Shown: positions 35,138 through 44,696 of the stretch, in pieces
How the letters are laid out: each line of letters opens with the position of its first letter
How positions within the stretch are numbered: position 1 is the first letter of the stretch
Source of the DNA: an uncultured Actinomycetes bacterium
GTDB lineage: Bacteria; Actinomycetota; Thermoleophilia; UBA2241
DNA: 64,000 nucleotides
Assembly: GCA_963725665.1 (NCBI GenBank)
Contig: CAVRZA010000011.1
Coordinates: 512,001-576,000, forward strand
Direction of reading: 5' to 3'
The notes under the pieces: model-generated
What the model saw: only the letters and a program-made list of their open reading frames with translations
Told to the model about the DNA's origin: nothing
Databases searched by the model: none
Position numbers and translations under genes: made by a program

Positions 35138-35300
35138 ATCGTCCGCTGCGTGCCGCTGGGCACGGAGCGCCGGCTACCCTACCAGACCCATCGGAGGCTG
35201 TCGACTTTGGGCCTGCAGGTACTAGCTGGCTGTTCTTCCTGCTCGGCACGGGTTTTCCTGCCTCTGAGCGGGAGGTCTTGGCGTTGCCGGTGCGGACGAC
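35138..35300 (-). ncRNA. Candidate structured RNA (~165 nt) upstream of the NlpC/P60 gene
   Basis: Nested pairings on the minus strand: GUCGUCCGC/GCGGACGAU, CCGGC/GCCGG, GCC-AGACC/GGUCU-GGU, GCAGG/CCUGC, AGGC/GCCU and hairpin CGUGCC-CAGC-GGCACG, with A-rich linkers. Confidence 0.5.
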
Positions 35301-35503
35301 CGGCCGGATTGTTAAGAAATGTGAAGAGAGCTCCGAAACGGTTTACCCCACGGTTGCAGCGCTCGCCGAGGGTTCGCCCTGCTCCCTGCACCATCGTGAT
35401 CGGCGAGATGAGGTTGCCGCCGGGCCGCCGTGCTGCTGCGCGCCCTCCTGCGTGCTGCCGCGCCCCTTCCTGCCGCGCCGCCACGGTCCGACGAGGAAGG
35501 ACT

Positions 35504-37874
35504 TCAGAAGACCTCGACCCGGTCCTTGCCGGATCGCTTGGCAGCGTAGAGCGCCGCATCGGCGCGGCCGACCAACTCGTCCATCTCCTCGGCCGTGGCC
35601 GGGAACGACGCGACGCCGATGCTCACGGTGAGGTGGACGGGCCCGTGGTCCGGCCCGATAGGGAAGTCGTACGTGGCTATGCGGTGGCGCAGTCGCTCCG
35701 CCAGCGCCGCCGCTCCCTCGCTGTGCCCGCCGTCTGTCGCGCCCGCGCGACGCGGCGCCGCGCTTTCGGCGCCCCCAGCACCTCGCGCCGCCGACGCACC
35801 GTCTGGCGAGGGTCTGGCCGCGGTGTGCGGGAGGATGACACCGAACTCCTCGCCGCCGTAGCGCGCGGCGAGGTCGCCGGCGCTGCGAAGCTCTTCGGTC
35901 ATGAGTCGCCCGATCGTGCGCAGCACCTCGTCGCCGGCTGGATGTCCGAAGGTGTCGTTCAGCTTCTTGAAGTCGTCGATGTCGAGCATGAGCAGCCCCA
36001 CCGGCGTGCCGTACCGCCGCCCACGCGCGATCTCCTCTGCGAGGCGGTCGTAGAACGAGCGGTGATTGGCGAGTCCCGTGAGGCCGTCTCTCATCGCCTG
36101 GTCCTCGATCTGCGCGTAGAGGCGGGCGTTGTTCAAAGCGATCGCCGCGTGCTCCCCCAAGGCGAGCGCGAACGACAGGTCGCCCTCGGCGAACCGGCGC
36201 TGGCCTGAGCTCTGCGAGAGACGCATGGCACCGAGCGTCTCGTCGTTCATCCTGAAGGGCACCCACACCACGGTCTGTTCCCCCGCCGCCGCCATGCGCG
36301 CTGCCGTGTGGGGTGAGAGCGCCGTGTCCGCAGCAGACTGCACGACGAACTCGCCGCTGCGCAGCTTCTCCCCGACGACGGCGTCGATGCCCTCTGCGTG
36401 GACTCCATCCTCGCCCACCGCGTCCTCGCCGGTCGCCGCGCGCAGGGCGAACGCCCCCTTGCGCTCGTCCCACTCGTACACGTGCGCGCGGTGCACGAGG
36501 AGCGCCTCAGTGGCGAGGCGCGCAACGTCCCTTGGCAGCTCGACCCGGTCGAGCCGGGAGGCGATCACGCGTGTCGCTCCGGCGAGGGCCGCGAGCCAGC
36601 GGTGCTGGTCCTCTTCGCGCCGATGAAGCCGGGCGTTGTGCAGCGCCGCCGCTGCCTGCTCGCCGATCACCTGCGCCATGCGTACCTCGTCGGCTGTGAA
36701 GCGGCGTTCGCGCTGCGTCTCGGTGAGGATCATCATGCCGAGGATCTCCTTGCCGAACACGAGGGGTACGCTCAGCCAGGTCTTCTCTCCCCACGTCGTC
36801 ATCCTCGCGCGGTCGACCTCCTTCAAATCCTTGTCTGAGAACGACTGCTGCACGACGACGCCCTCTCGCACCGCCTGCATGCCTCCGGGGTAGTCGCGGG
36901 CGAAGTACGTCGTGCCGATGAGACTCTCGGCGACGCCCGGTCTCGAGTCGCGCTGGTAGAGGACCCTGTAGGTCGCCACATCGCTGCGTCCCGAGTACTC
37001 CCAGATGCGGCTCTCGGGGCAGCCGAGAGCCTCGGCAGCCGCGCAGGCGATCTCGTGGAGCACCACGTCGTAATCGATGCTCGAGGTGATCGAACGGCTG
37101 GTCGCCAGGAGCGCGGCCAGCTCGTGCGAACGCTGGACGAGCTTCGCGACGATCTCCTGCCTCTCGATGGCCGCCGAGATGCAACCCGCCGCCGAGACGA
37201 GGACGCCGATCTCGCTCTCGCTCCAGAGCCGCGTGCGGTCGCAACGGTCCAGACGCAGGAAGCCACGAAAGACGCCGCCCACGAAGAGCGGCAGCAGCAG
37301 CACCGCCTCGACATTTTGAGCGGCAAGGCGGCGGAAGGCGTGTTGGGGCAGGAACTCGGTCCGGCTTGCGAAGGGTTCGTCTCTAGCCGAGCCGCTGAAA
37401 AAGGCCTGGAATGAAGTCTTCGTACGCCTCGGCGGCTGCTTCGTCGGCACCAAGCAGGCTGCGGCTTGGCGAGACGGCCGCTTCCGCGTCTAGCGCGTAC
37501 TCGTCCCGCCCATCCAGGCCGGTGCTGTTCTTGAACGCACAGACCCTGTCCGCGCTCGCCGCCGTCATCAGCCGTTCGAGGGCGAGGCTCAGAACGTCCG
37601 CCTGTGGGTCGAGCACGAGCAGCCTGTGCTGGAGGTCGTTGACGGCGGTGCGCATCACCTGCCCGTCGCTCACCTCGTCGACGTCCATAGCGGGGGTCAC
37701 CGGCACGCCGCGCTCGGCCCCCTCGTCGAGGCCGGCGATCGTGACCAGCTCGGGGCGCCCGTCGCTCCCGGCGCGCTGACGTGAGGCAAGCGCAGGCTCG
37801 TGTGCCGGTCGTGGGCTTTGTCCCGCCGATCCTGACCGAGTGTTCGTCATGGCCCTCTCCATCGCTCGAGACAT
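35504..37874 (-). CDS. Multi-GAF sensor diguanylate cyclase, frameshift near 37385
   Basis: Three GAF-like domains, then DGLTGLANHR, DIDDFKKLNDTFGHPAGD, RYGGEEF and ADAALYAAK. The first GAF is split between ORFs 37383-37874 and 35504-37453. Confidence 0.9.
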
Positions 37875-38001
37875 GCATCGGCGGTGGCATTTGGGTCATG
37901 AGAGCCCCCCGACGTATGTACTACACCCGCCGCCAGAAGTGGTCGCAGAACCGCCGGCGGCGGTGCCTGGAGGATGGTGAGGAGCGCGGTCTTGGACGGC
38001 G

Positions 38002-38030
38002 TTGACGTCGTCGCGCGCCTCGCGTAGCGT
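38002..38030 (+). promoter_or_regulatory. Sigma70-type promoter of tRNA-Sec
   Basis: TTGACG (38002-38007), 17-nt spacer, TAGCGT (38025-38030). Confidence 0.65.
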
Positions 38031-38040
38031 CATCGCCGGC

Positions 38041-38138
38041 GGAGCGGCTTCCGGTCTGGTGACCGGCGCGGTCTTCAAAACCGTCTGCAGGGCGGTGCTC
38101 CCGTCCTGGGTGGGTTCGATTCCCATGTCGCTCCGCCA
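38041..38138 (+). tRNA. selC: tRNA-Sec (TCA)
   Basis: 98 nt; 8-bp acceptor GGAGCGGC/GTCGCTCC, 6-bp D stem CCGGTC/GACCGG, anticodon TCA 38075-38077, long variable arm, TTCGATT and GCCA end. Confidence 0.96.
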
Positions 38139-38163
38139 CGCCCTTTCGTACACTGGTCACCTG

Positions 38164-38664
38164 ATGACAGAGCCACGCTACGTGCTCACGACCCCGCGCC
38201 TGAGGCTGCGCGAGCTCACCCCGGCCGACCTTGACATCGTGGAGCGGGTGCGGGCGGACGCCCACCGCTTCTGGGGGCTGCCTCTCCAGTCCCCTGACGA
38301 GGTGAAGGCCTGGCTCGAGCGGCATGCGGCCGGCTACGCCCGCAACGGCTGCGACCTGTGGGGCGTCGAGTTGGCGTCGACCGGGGAGCTGATCGGTGAC
38401 TGCGGTCTCGTGCGCCGCGAGATCGCCGGCCGCGACGAGATCGAGCTCGGGTACCACCTCCTCGAGGAGCACTGGGGCCACGGCTACGCGACCGAGGCTG
38501 CCTTGGCCTGCGTCGCTCATGCCCGCAGCCTCGGTCACACGCGGATCGTGGCGCTCATCCTGCCCTCCAACGTGCCGTCGCAGGCCGTCGCTCGTCACGT
38601 CGGCATGCGCCCCGGCCCGCAGGTGGAGTGGTTCGGCCTGCCGCACATCCTCTGGGAGCTCTGA
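38164..38664 (+). CDS. GNAT N-acetyltransferase (RimJ/RimL family)
   Basis: LTTPRLRLRE, LIGDCGL, ELGYHL...WGHGYATEAA and NVPSQAVA. Confidence 0.88.
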   Translation: MTEPRYVLTTPRLRLRELTPADLDIVERVRADAHRFWGLPLQSPDEVKAWLERHAAGYARNGCDLWGVELASTGELIGDCGLVRREIAGRDEIELGYHLLEEHWGHGYATEAALACVAHARSLGHTRIVALILPSNVPSQAVARHVGMRPGPQVEWFGLPHILWEL

Positions 38665-38749
38665 GACTCGCCGCGCCGTCGGCACAATGTTGACACCCGG
38701 TCGCCGACGCGTGCGGGCCGCTCCCGACGGGTACCTTCTCTAAGTAGGG

Positions 38750-39049
38750 GTGAGTGCCATGAGCATGCGAGCGGATGACAGGATCCCGGACGAGGTGCTG
38801 CTCCTCATGGAGACGTCGGTAGACGAGTGGGTCGACCCCGCCAGCGACGAGATAGCCATCTTCCGCGGGATCATGGAGCGCTACCGGAGCCACCTGGGTA
38901 CCGCGAGCGAACCGGCGTGTCGGGAGGAGCTCGCGGCGGCGTACGTGAGACTGGTGGTCGCGCCGCGGGAGAGACTCCTCGACCGTGCGCGGCGCGGGGC
39001 TCTGGAGCGCTGCGCACAGGGGATGCCATACACCGAAGCCGCCGCCTGA
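38750..39049 (+). CDS. Hypothetical protein
   Basis: 99-aa ORF with typical codon usage filling an intergenic gap; no motif recognised. Confidence 0.5.
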   Translation: MSAMSMRADDRIPDEVLLLMETSVDEWVDPASDEIAIFRGIMERYRSHLGTASEPACREELAAAYVRLVVAPRERLLDRARRGALERCAQGMPYTEAAA

Positions 39050-39181
39050 GGGCCCTTCGGAGCCACTTCCTCGCGCCGCCGCCCGGTTACGCCGGTGCGA
39101 GAGTGGCCGTGGGGAAGGCCGGACGACGGCACGGTGCGAGGGGCCCCGGGAGCCGGGGCCCGGAGTCAGGGGGTGAGGACG

Positions 39182-39652
39182 ATGACGGAGCTCATGGCGG
39201 GCTTTGCCGCCGACACGCTACGCCGTTGCGAGCTGTTCCGCGGCTTCAGCAACGAGCTGATCGCGGAGCTGGCGGCGCGGGCCACCGAACGTTTCTGCGA
39301 TCCTGGGGAGACGATCTTCGCGATGGACGACCCGGCGGAGAGCGTCTACGTCGTCGAGAGCGGCCGCATCGGCCTCGCGTTGCCCGTGCCCGACGGCCGC
39401 GAGGTCAACGTGCGCGACGTCGGTCCCGGGGAGGTCTTCGGCTGGATGGCGCTGGTCGAGCCGCGGCGCTTCAGCGGCACGGCGAGGTGTGTGCACGAGA
39501 GCGCTCTCGTCGAGTTGCCGGCGCGCGAGCTCGAAGCGCTCTTCGTACGCGATCCCGGCAGGGGCTACGCGGTCATGCAGCGGGTCGCGACCCTGGTCGC
39601 CGCCTGGCTGCGCGACACACAGGCGCAGCTCATCGCGGCACTTACGGACTGA
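39182..39652 (+). CDS. Cyclic-nucleotide-binding domain protein (Crp-like, no HTH)
   Basis: LFRGF, GETIF, YVVESG, GPGEVFGWMAL and FSGTA. Confidence 0.85.
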   Translation: MTELMAGFAADTLRRCELFRGFSNELIAELAARATERFCDPGETIFAMDDPAESVYVVESGRIGLALPVPDGREVNVRDVGPGEVFGWMALVEPRRFSGTARCVHESALVELPARELEALFVRDPGRGYAVMQRVATLVAAWLRDTQAQLIAALTD

Positions 39653-39697
39653 AGAGGAGCGCTGGGAGCCCCGGCGCGCCCTCGACCTCGGGGAGCG

Positions 39698-41167
39698 TCA
39701 GCGCAGCACCGCCGGCCCCAGCCGCAGCCAGTAGCCCTGCAGCGGGCCGCTGGCCACGCGCACCTGCTCGAAGCCGTTGACGATCGCGCGCTGGTCGACG
39801 GTGGCCGTCGTCGCCGCATCGGGGGTGAAGTTGAGCGTTGCCGTCACCGCGCCGCCGGCGTCGTAGGTGCGCGCCGCGTACGCATTCCCCCCCGGGAGGA
39901 CCAGTGTGCGTGGCGGATCGTAGCTCAGGAGGGGGAGCACGCCGGGCAGGTAGACGTTCCCCGCTTGTTCGCGAAGGTAGTACCCCGTCCAAGGTCCCGA
40001 GGCGATCAGGAACCAGTAGCCGGGTCGGTGGTAGATGCGCAGTCGACGACCTTCGCCGGTGAGGCGGTCGTCGTCGCCCCCTTGCCGCTCGCGGCGCGTC
40101 ACGGTCAGGCGCGCGCTGGCGAGAATGCGCCACGTCCGTCTGCCGACGACCCTCCCCGAGGGGTCGAAACGCAGTCCTGTGTAGACGCCGGGGATCACCC
40201 TGATGCTGCCGTTGATCGCCGGCTTGGGGTAGTCGCGCACGAAGTCGTCGGCGAGGCGCGCCAGCCCAGTCATGCCCGTGAGGGTGTACAGCGTGAGGAA
40301 CTCGTGGATGTGGATCTCGTGGTAGCGAGCAAAGGCGGCCGTTCGCGAGAAGCGGTAGAAGCTCATCCAGCCGGGCTGTCTGAACCGCGAGGCGTAGTGC
40401 AGCACGGTGGTCACCGCCCCGTCGAAGAGCTCCAGCGCGCGCTCGTCGTGTGTCGCCTGGTAGTAGTCGTAGAGGCCGTAGGCGGAGTAGATATGCCCGT
40501 TTAGGACGGGGTCAGGAGGCCTGCTCGGGTACTCCTGCAGCCACAGGTAACCGTTCGCGTCGACGCTGACGATCCACGGTGAGGACGAGGGCCCGGGGCG
40601 CAGGAAGCTGGCGAAGGTGCCCTGGGCGGCCTGCTGGTAGATCGGCTCTCCCGTCACTCTGTAGAGGGCTGTGAACAGTGTCAGGGCGAGCCCGTGCCCC
40701 AGGGCTGAGTACCAGGGCGGCTCCATCTCGTGGAAGGTGAAGTCGTTGGGGTGGAACCACGCGTCCCCGACCAGGATCCTGCGGTCCATGAGTCGCTGCG
40801 CCTGCGCCTCGGCGCGCGCCAGGTAGAAGGGGTCGCCCGTGAGAGTGTAGGAGGCAAGGTTGTCCAAGCCGTAGAAGCCCTGCGCGCTGACGCGGTTGTA
40901 TAGCTTTCCGTTGCGCCACACCATGCGCACGCCGTCTGCGTCGTGCAATCCGCTATCCACGATGGGGACCGGCTCGTCGATGTGCAGCAGCGGGTAGCCG
41001 GAGGGATCGATGTCACGCAGCGTCAGATCTGAGACGCGGAAGCGGAAGGGCAGCCTTGTGCTCCAGGCTGCATCTGCGCCGGAACCTGTGGCGGCGACCG
41101 CGGCCGTGCAAGGCGCGACCGCGAGCAGAATCACGACGAGCAGGGCTACTCCCGGGACACGGCGCAT
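39698..41167 (-). CDS. Secreted D-glucuronyl C5-epimerase family protein
   Basis: Signal peptide; PPWYSALGHG, WLQEYP, VLNGHIYSAYGLYDY and YHEIHI motifs. Confidence 0.82.
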   Translation of the reverse strand: MRRVPGVALLVVILLAVAPCTAAVAATGSGADAAWSTRLPFRFRVSDLTLRDIDPSGYPLLHIDEPVPIVDSGLHDADGVRMVWRNGKLYNRVSAQGFYGLDNLASYTLTGDPFYLARAEAQAQRLMDRRILVGDAWFHPNDFTFHEMEPPWYSALGHGLALTLFTALYRVTGEPIYQQAAQGTFASFLRPGPSSSPWIVSVDANGYLWLQEYPSRPPDPVLNGHIYSAYGLYDYYQATHDERALELFDGAVTTVLHYASRFRQPGWMSFYRFSRTAAFARYHEIHIHEFLTLYTLTGMTGLARLADDFVRDYPKPAINGSIRVIPGVYTGLRFDPSGRVVGRRTWRILASARLTVTRRERQGGDDDRLTGEGRRLRIYHRPGYWFLIASGPWTGYYLREQAGNVYLPGVLPLLSYDPPRTLVLPGGNAYAARTYDAGGAVTATLNFTPDAATTATVDQRAIVNGFEQVRVASGPLQGYWLRLGPAVLR

Positions 41168-41184
41168 GTCCCGATCCCTCGCCC

Positions 41185-43566
41185 CTACCTCAGGACCGCC
41201 GGCCCGAGGTGCAGCCAGTAGCCCGCCAGCGGACCACCCGCCACTTCCACCTGATCGGCACCGTTGACGATGGCGCGTTGACGCACGGTGGCGGTCGTCG
41301 AGCTGGCGGGCGAGAACTGCAGTGTGGCGGTGATGGCGCCGTCGTCATCGAAGGTCCGTCCGACGTAGACGTGTCCCGCGGGCAGGACCAGCTTGCGCGG
41401 CGGGTCGTAGCTGAGGAAGTGCAGCACGCCGGGCAGGTAGACTCTCCCGGCTCGCTCATGAAGGTGCAACCCCGTCCAGGGTCCCGAGGTGGTCAGGAAC
41501 CAGTAGCCGGGCTGGTGGTAGATGCGCTCGCGGCGCGTCACCGGCAGGCGCAGGGTCTCGGTGACGCGATACGTCCGTCTGCCGATCACCCTTCCCCAGG
41601 AGTCGAAACGCAGCCCCGTGTAGATGCCGGGCACCACCCTGATGCTGCCGCTGATCTCCGGCTTGGGGTAGTCGCTCCTGAAGGCGTCCGCGAGACGGGC
41701 GAAGGTCGTGATGCCGGTGAGGCGATACAGGGTCAGGAACTGGTTCACGTGGATCCCGTGGTAGCCCTGACTGGCAACCAGGTTGTGCGAGAAGCGGTAG
41801 TAGCTCCTCCAGCCCGGGTTGCGGAACCACGGGGCGTAATGCAGCACTGTGGTCAAGGCCCCGTTGAAGAGCTCCAGCGCGCGCTTGTCGTGCGTGAGCT
41901 GGTAGTAGTCGTAGAGGCCGAAGGCCGAGAACATGTGGCCGTTGAAGACGGGGTCGGCGTTGATCCTCGGATATTCCTGCAGCCACAGGTAGCCGTTCTT
42001 GTCGACGCTGACGATCCAGGGTGAGGACGAGGGCCCGGGGCGCAAGAAGCTGGCGAAGGTGCCCTGGGCGGCCTGCAGATAGATCGCCTTTCCCGTTGCT
42101 TCGTGCAGGCCGCCGAAGAGCGCCATGCTGAGCCCATGTCCCATGGCCGAGCACCACGGCGGCGTCATCAACGGCCAGTCGAAGTCGTTGGGGTGGTACC
42201 ACGCGCCTCCGACGAGGATCCTGCGTGCTATGAGGCGCTGCGCCTGCGCCTCGGCGCGTGCCAGGTAGAAGGGATCGTCCGTGAGAGTGTAGGAGGCGAG
42301 GTTCTGGAGACCGTAGCTGGCCTGGGCGCTGACGTGGTTGTAGAGCTTGCCGCCGAACAGTGACAGGCGCACACCATGCTCGTCGTGCAAGCCGGTGTCG
42401 ACTTTGGGAATGGGCCCACCCATGTTCAGCAACGGATAGTCCGCGGGGGGGATGTCGCGCAGCGCTATGCCTGAGACGCGAAAGCGGAAGGGCAGCCTGA
42501 TGCTCCAAGGTTCCGTGACCTTGAGCCGGTTGCCGGCCACCGCGGTCTGCTGGTTGCCGGCGCCGTCGACGGCGTAGACGAAGAAGCGGTAGCTGCCCCT
42601 GGAGAGCCGGCAGGCGAAGCTGGCTGTGAGGAGGGTGTTCACCGGCTTGGCGTGGTAGGTGAGGGTCTTCACCACCGTGCCGGCGCTGTTCCTGATCCTG
42701 ATCGTCACCTCGGCCGTGCCGCCGTTGGGCGCGGCATCGACCACCTTGTAGGCGAGGCTGGCGCTGCGGTAGCGCATGGCGCTGGCCGCCGAGGGCGCCC
42801 GGGTCGCCGGGCGCACCGTGTCGATGCCGAAGCTGAGGCTCTCTGCGCCCTCCACGTTGCCAGCGTTGTCGGCAGAGCGGTAGAGGACGGTGTGGAGACC
42901 GTCGCCGGAGTGGTCTCTGGGCGCCGCCACCGTGAGCAGCGCGCCGCGCACCCAATCGGCGGCGTCGAGCTTGTACTCCGTGTAAGCGACGCTGCTGCCG
43001 GCGTCGGCGGCGGCGCTGAAGGTCAGCGTCAGAGGCGCCCTGTACCAGGTCGCGCCCTGGGCTCCCGCGGCTGTGGTGGCGGGTGGGGTGGTGTCGATCC
43101 TCACGTTCACGCTGCCCGGCGGGTCCTCGAGGTTGCCGGCGTTGTCGGCCGAGCGGAAGAGGACGGTGTGGAGACCGTCGCCGGAGTGGTCCGACGGCGC
43201 TGGCACGGTGGCCTGGGTGTCGCGCACCCAGTAGGCGCCGTCGAGCGAGTACTCCGTGTAGGCGACGCCGGTGCCCGTGTCGGTCGCCGTGAAGGTCACG
43301 GTGACGGGGGCGTTGTGCCACAAGTCGTCGGCGCCGCTAGCCACGGTCACCGGTGGGAGGGTGTCGTCCGCTGCGGCCGTCGCGACGTCGGTCGCCGCCG
43401 GCACGGAGGGGACCGGTGACGTTATGGCGAGAGCAGGGGCGAGGTCGGCTCCGGGCGGTGGCCAGTCGGCTTGCGCCGTCTCGGCCGGAGAGACGGTCGC
43501 GAGCCCGGCCGTCACGAAGACGGCCGCGAACAGTAAGAATCCCAGGACACGCGAGAACCCGGGCAC
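41185..43566 (-). CDS. Secreted D-glucuronyl C5-epimerase family protein with N-terminal Ig-like repeats
   Basis: Signal peptide; repeats TEY.LD...DG.HTVL.RSADNAGN.E; PWCSAMGHG, WLQEYP, VFNGHMF and YHGIHV. Confidence 0.82.
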   Translation of the reverse strand: MPGFSRVLGFLLFAAVFVTAGLATVSPAETAQADWPPPGADLAPALAITSPVPSVPAATDVATAAADDTLPPVTVASGADDLWHNAPVTVTFTATDTGTGVAYTEYSLDGAYWVRDTQATVPAPSDHSGDGLHTVLFRSADNAGNLEDPPGSVNVRIDTTPPATTAAGAQGATWYRAPLTLTFSAAADAGSSVAYTEYKLDAADWVRGALLTVAAPRDHSGDGLHTVLYRSADNAGNVEGAESLSFGIDTVRPATRAPSAASAMRYRSASLAYKVVDAAPNGGTAEVTIRIRNSAGTVVKTLTYHAKPVNTLLTASFACRLSRGSYRFFVYAVDGAGNQQTAVAGNRLKVTEPWSIRLPFRFRVSGIALRDIPPADYPLLNMGGPIPKVDTGLHDEHGVRLSLFGGKLYNHVSAQASYGLQNLASYTLTDDPFYLARAEAQAQRLIARRILVGGAWYHPNDFDWPLMTPPWCSAMGHGLSMALFGGLHEATGKAIYLQAAQGTFASFLRPGPSSSPWIVSVDKNGYLWLQEYPRINADPVFNGHMFSAFGLYDYYQLTHDKRALELFNGALTTVLHYAPWFRNPGWRSYYRFSHNLVASQGYHGIHVNQFLTLYRLTGITTFARLADAFRSDYPKPEISGSIRVVPGIYTGLRFDSWGRVIGRRTYRVTETLRLPVTRRERIYHQPGYWFLTTSGPWTGLHLHERAGRVYLPGVLHFLSYDPPRKLVLPAGHVYVGRTFDDDGAITATLQFSPASSTTATVRQRAIVNGADQVEVAGGPLAGYWLHLGPAVLR

Positions 43567-43684
43567 CCCCCACCTCCAGTCGCTGCCATCATGCTACCCA
43601 AGCGAGGATGATAGGACAAATCGGAGGGGACGCGGCGGGCGCCCACGCGTCGCGTTTTGGGCGCCGAGGCGGGCCCGAGGCTTC

Positions 43685-44557
43685 TCAGGAGATGCTCGTC
43701 CAGCTCCAGCCGGAGTCGTGTGCGCTCAACCGGCCAAGGCCGGGGAAGGGGAAGTGGAACGCGTGGATGAGGCAATCCCCGCCGGCGGCCTGCGCCAAGA
43801 ACGCCCGCCGCGTCTGTTCGACGAGGGCGGGGTCGGAGTCGACGACGGAGTACCACTCGGGGTGCGCCACGTGCAGCGGGTGAAGGACGAGGTCGCCGAC
43901 GACAAGGAGCCGCTGGGAGCGCGACGACAGCTCCACCGCGAGGTGGCCGGGCGTGTGACCGGGCGCCGACAGGTAGCGCACGCCGCTGGCCAGTTCGCCT
44001 TCATCGTGGATGAGCTCGAGGCACTGCTGGAGCTTAGGGAGCGTCTGACGCGCGAAACCGAGCAGGAACGCCCCGGTCTCGCCGGGCAACGCCCCTTCCG
44101 CCTCGCCTTCCATCCAGAAGTCCCACTCACTCCTCGACAGCAGGACGCGCGCCGCCGGGAAGACGGGCGAACCGGCACGATCGATCAGGCCGCCGATGTG
44201 GTCCGGGTGGCCGTGTGTGAGGATCACGACGTCGATGTCCGACGGAGCGACGCCGGCGCTGGCGAGGTTCTCGACCAGCCGCCCCGTGCCCGGGTCGAGA
44301 TCGCCGGCGCCGGCGTCGACCAGGATCCGCTGTGTGCCCATGTCGACCAGGAGGCAGGTGCACTCTTCGGTCCACTGCGTCCAGGGCAGAGTCTCCCCTG
44401 CCTTCTCGACGGCCGCGTCGACTTCGGCCTGGGGAGCGTTCGCGAACAGCACGGTGGCCGGGGACGGATCGTCCGGTGGTCCCCAGATCAATGCCCCGTC
44501 GCTGACGGCGATACAGTCGAGCTCCCCTACCGCGAAGCGATAGTGTCCTTGTGCCAC
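43685..44557 (-). CDS. MBL-fold metallo-hydrolase
   Basis: ILTHGHPDHIGG (HxHxDH), PGHTPGH, GDL and FHFPFPG. Confidence 0.9.
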   Translation of the reverse strand: MAQGHYRFAVGELDCIAVSDGALIWGPPDDPSPATVLFANAPQAEVDAAVEKAGETLPWTQWTEECTCLLVDMGTQRILVDAGAGDLDPGTGRLVENLASAGVAPSDIDVVILTHGHPDHIGGLIDRAGSPVFPAARVLLSRSEWDFWMEGEAEGALPGETGAFLLGFARQTLPKLQQCLELIHDEGELASGVRYLSAPGHTPGHLAVELSSRSQRLLVVGDLVLHPLHVAHPEWYSVVDSDPALVEQTRRAFLAQAAGGDCLIHAFHFPFPGLGRLSAHDSGWSWTSIS

Positions 44558-44696
44558 TGACTGCCTCCTTTTCACGACGGCTCTCATGAGGTGATTGTAG
44601 CGCCGGCGCAGGGCGGGCCCTCTGCGTCCCGACTCCATCGGCGCGGGCTGGGCTCGGTGTGCCCGCGACGCTGGGACGAGAAGCTCAGCGCACCTT

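Noticed and set aside
35057-35345. c-di-AMP (ydaO), c-di-GMP-I or raiA motif upstream of NlpC/P60
   Set aside because: I could not find their hallmark conserved sequences by eye, so the region is kept as an unclassified RNA candidate.
42860-43260. Repeated segment GAGGACGGTGTGGAGACCGTCGCCGGAGTGGTC
   Set aside because: Internal duplication of Ig-like domains within the epimerase CDS.
38041-44000. Possible island integrated at selC, a known hotspot
   Set aside because: No integrase and no repeat of the selC 3' end found by eye in the window.
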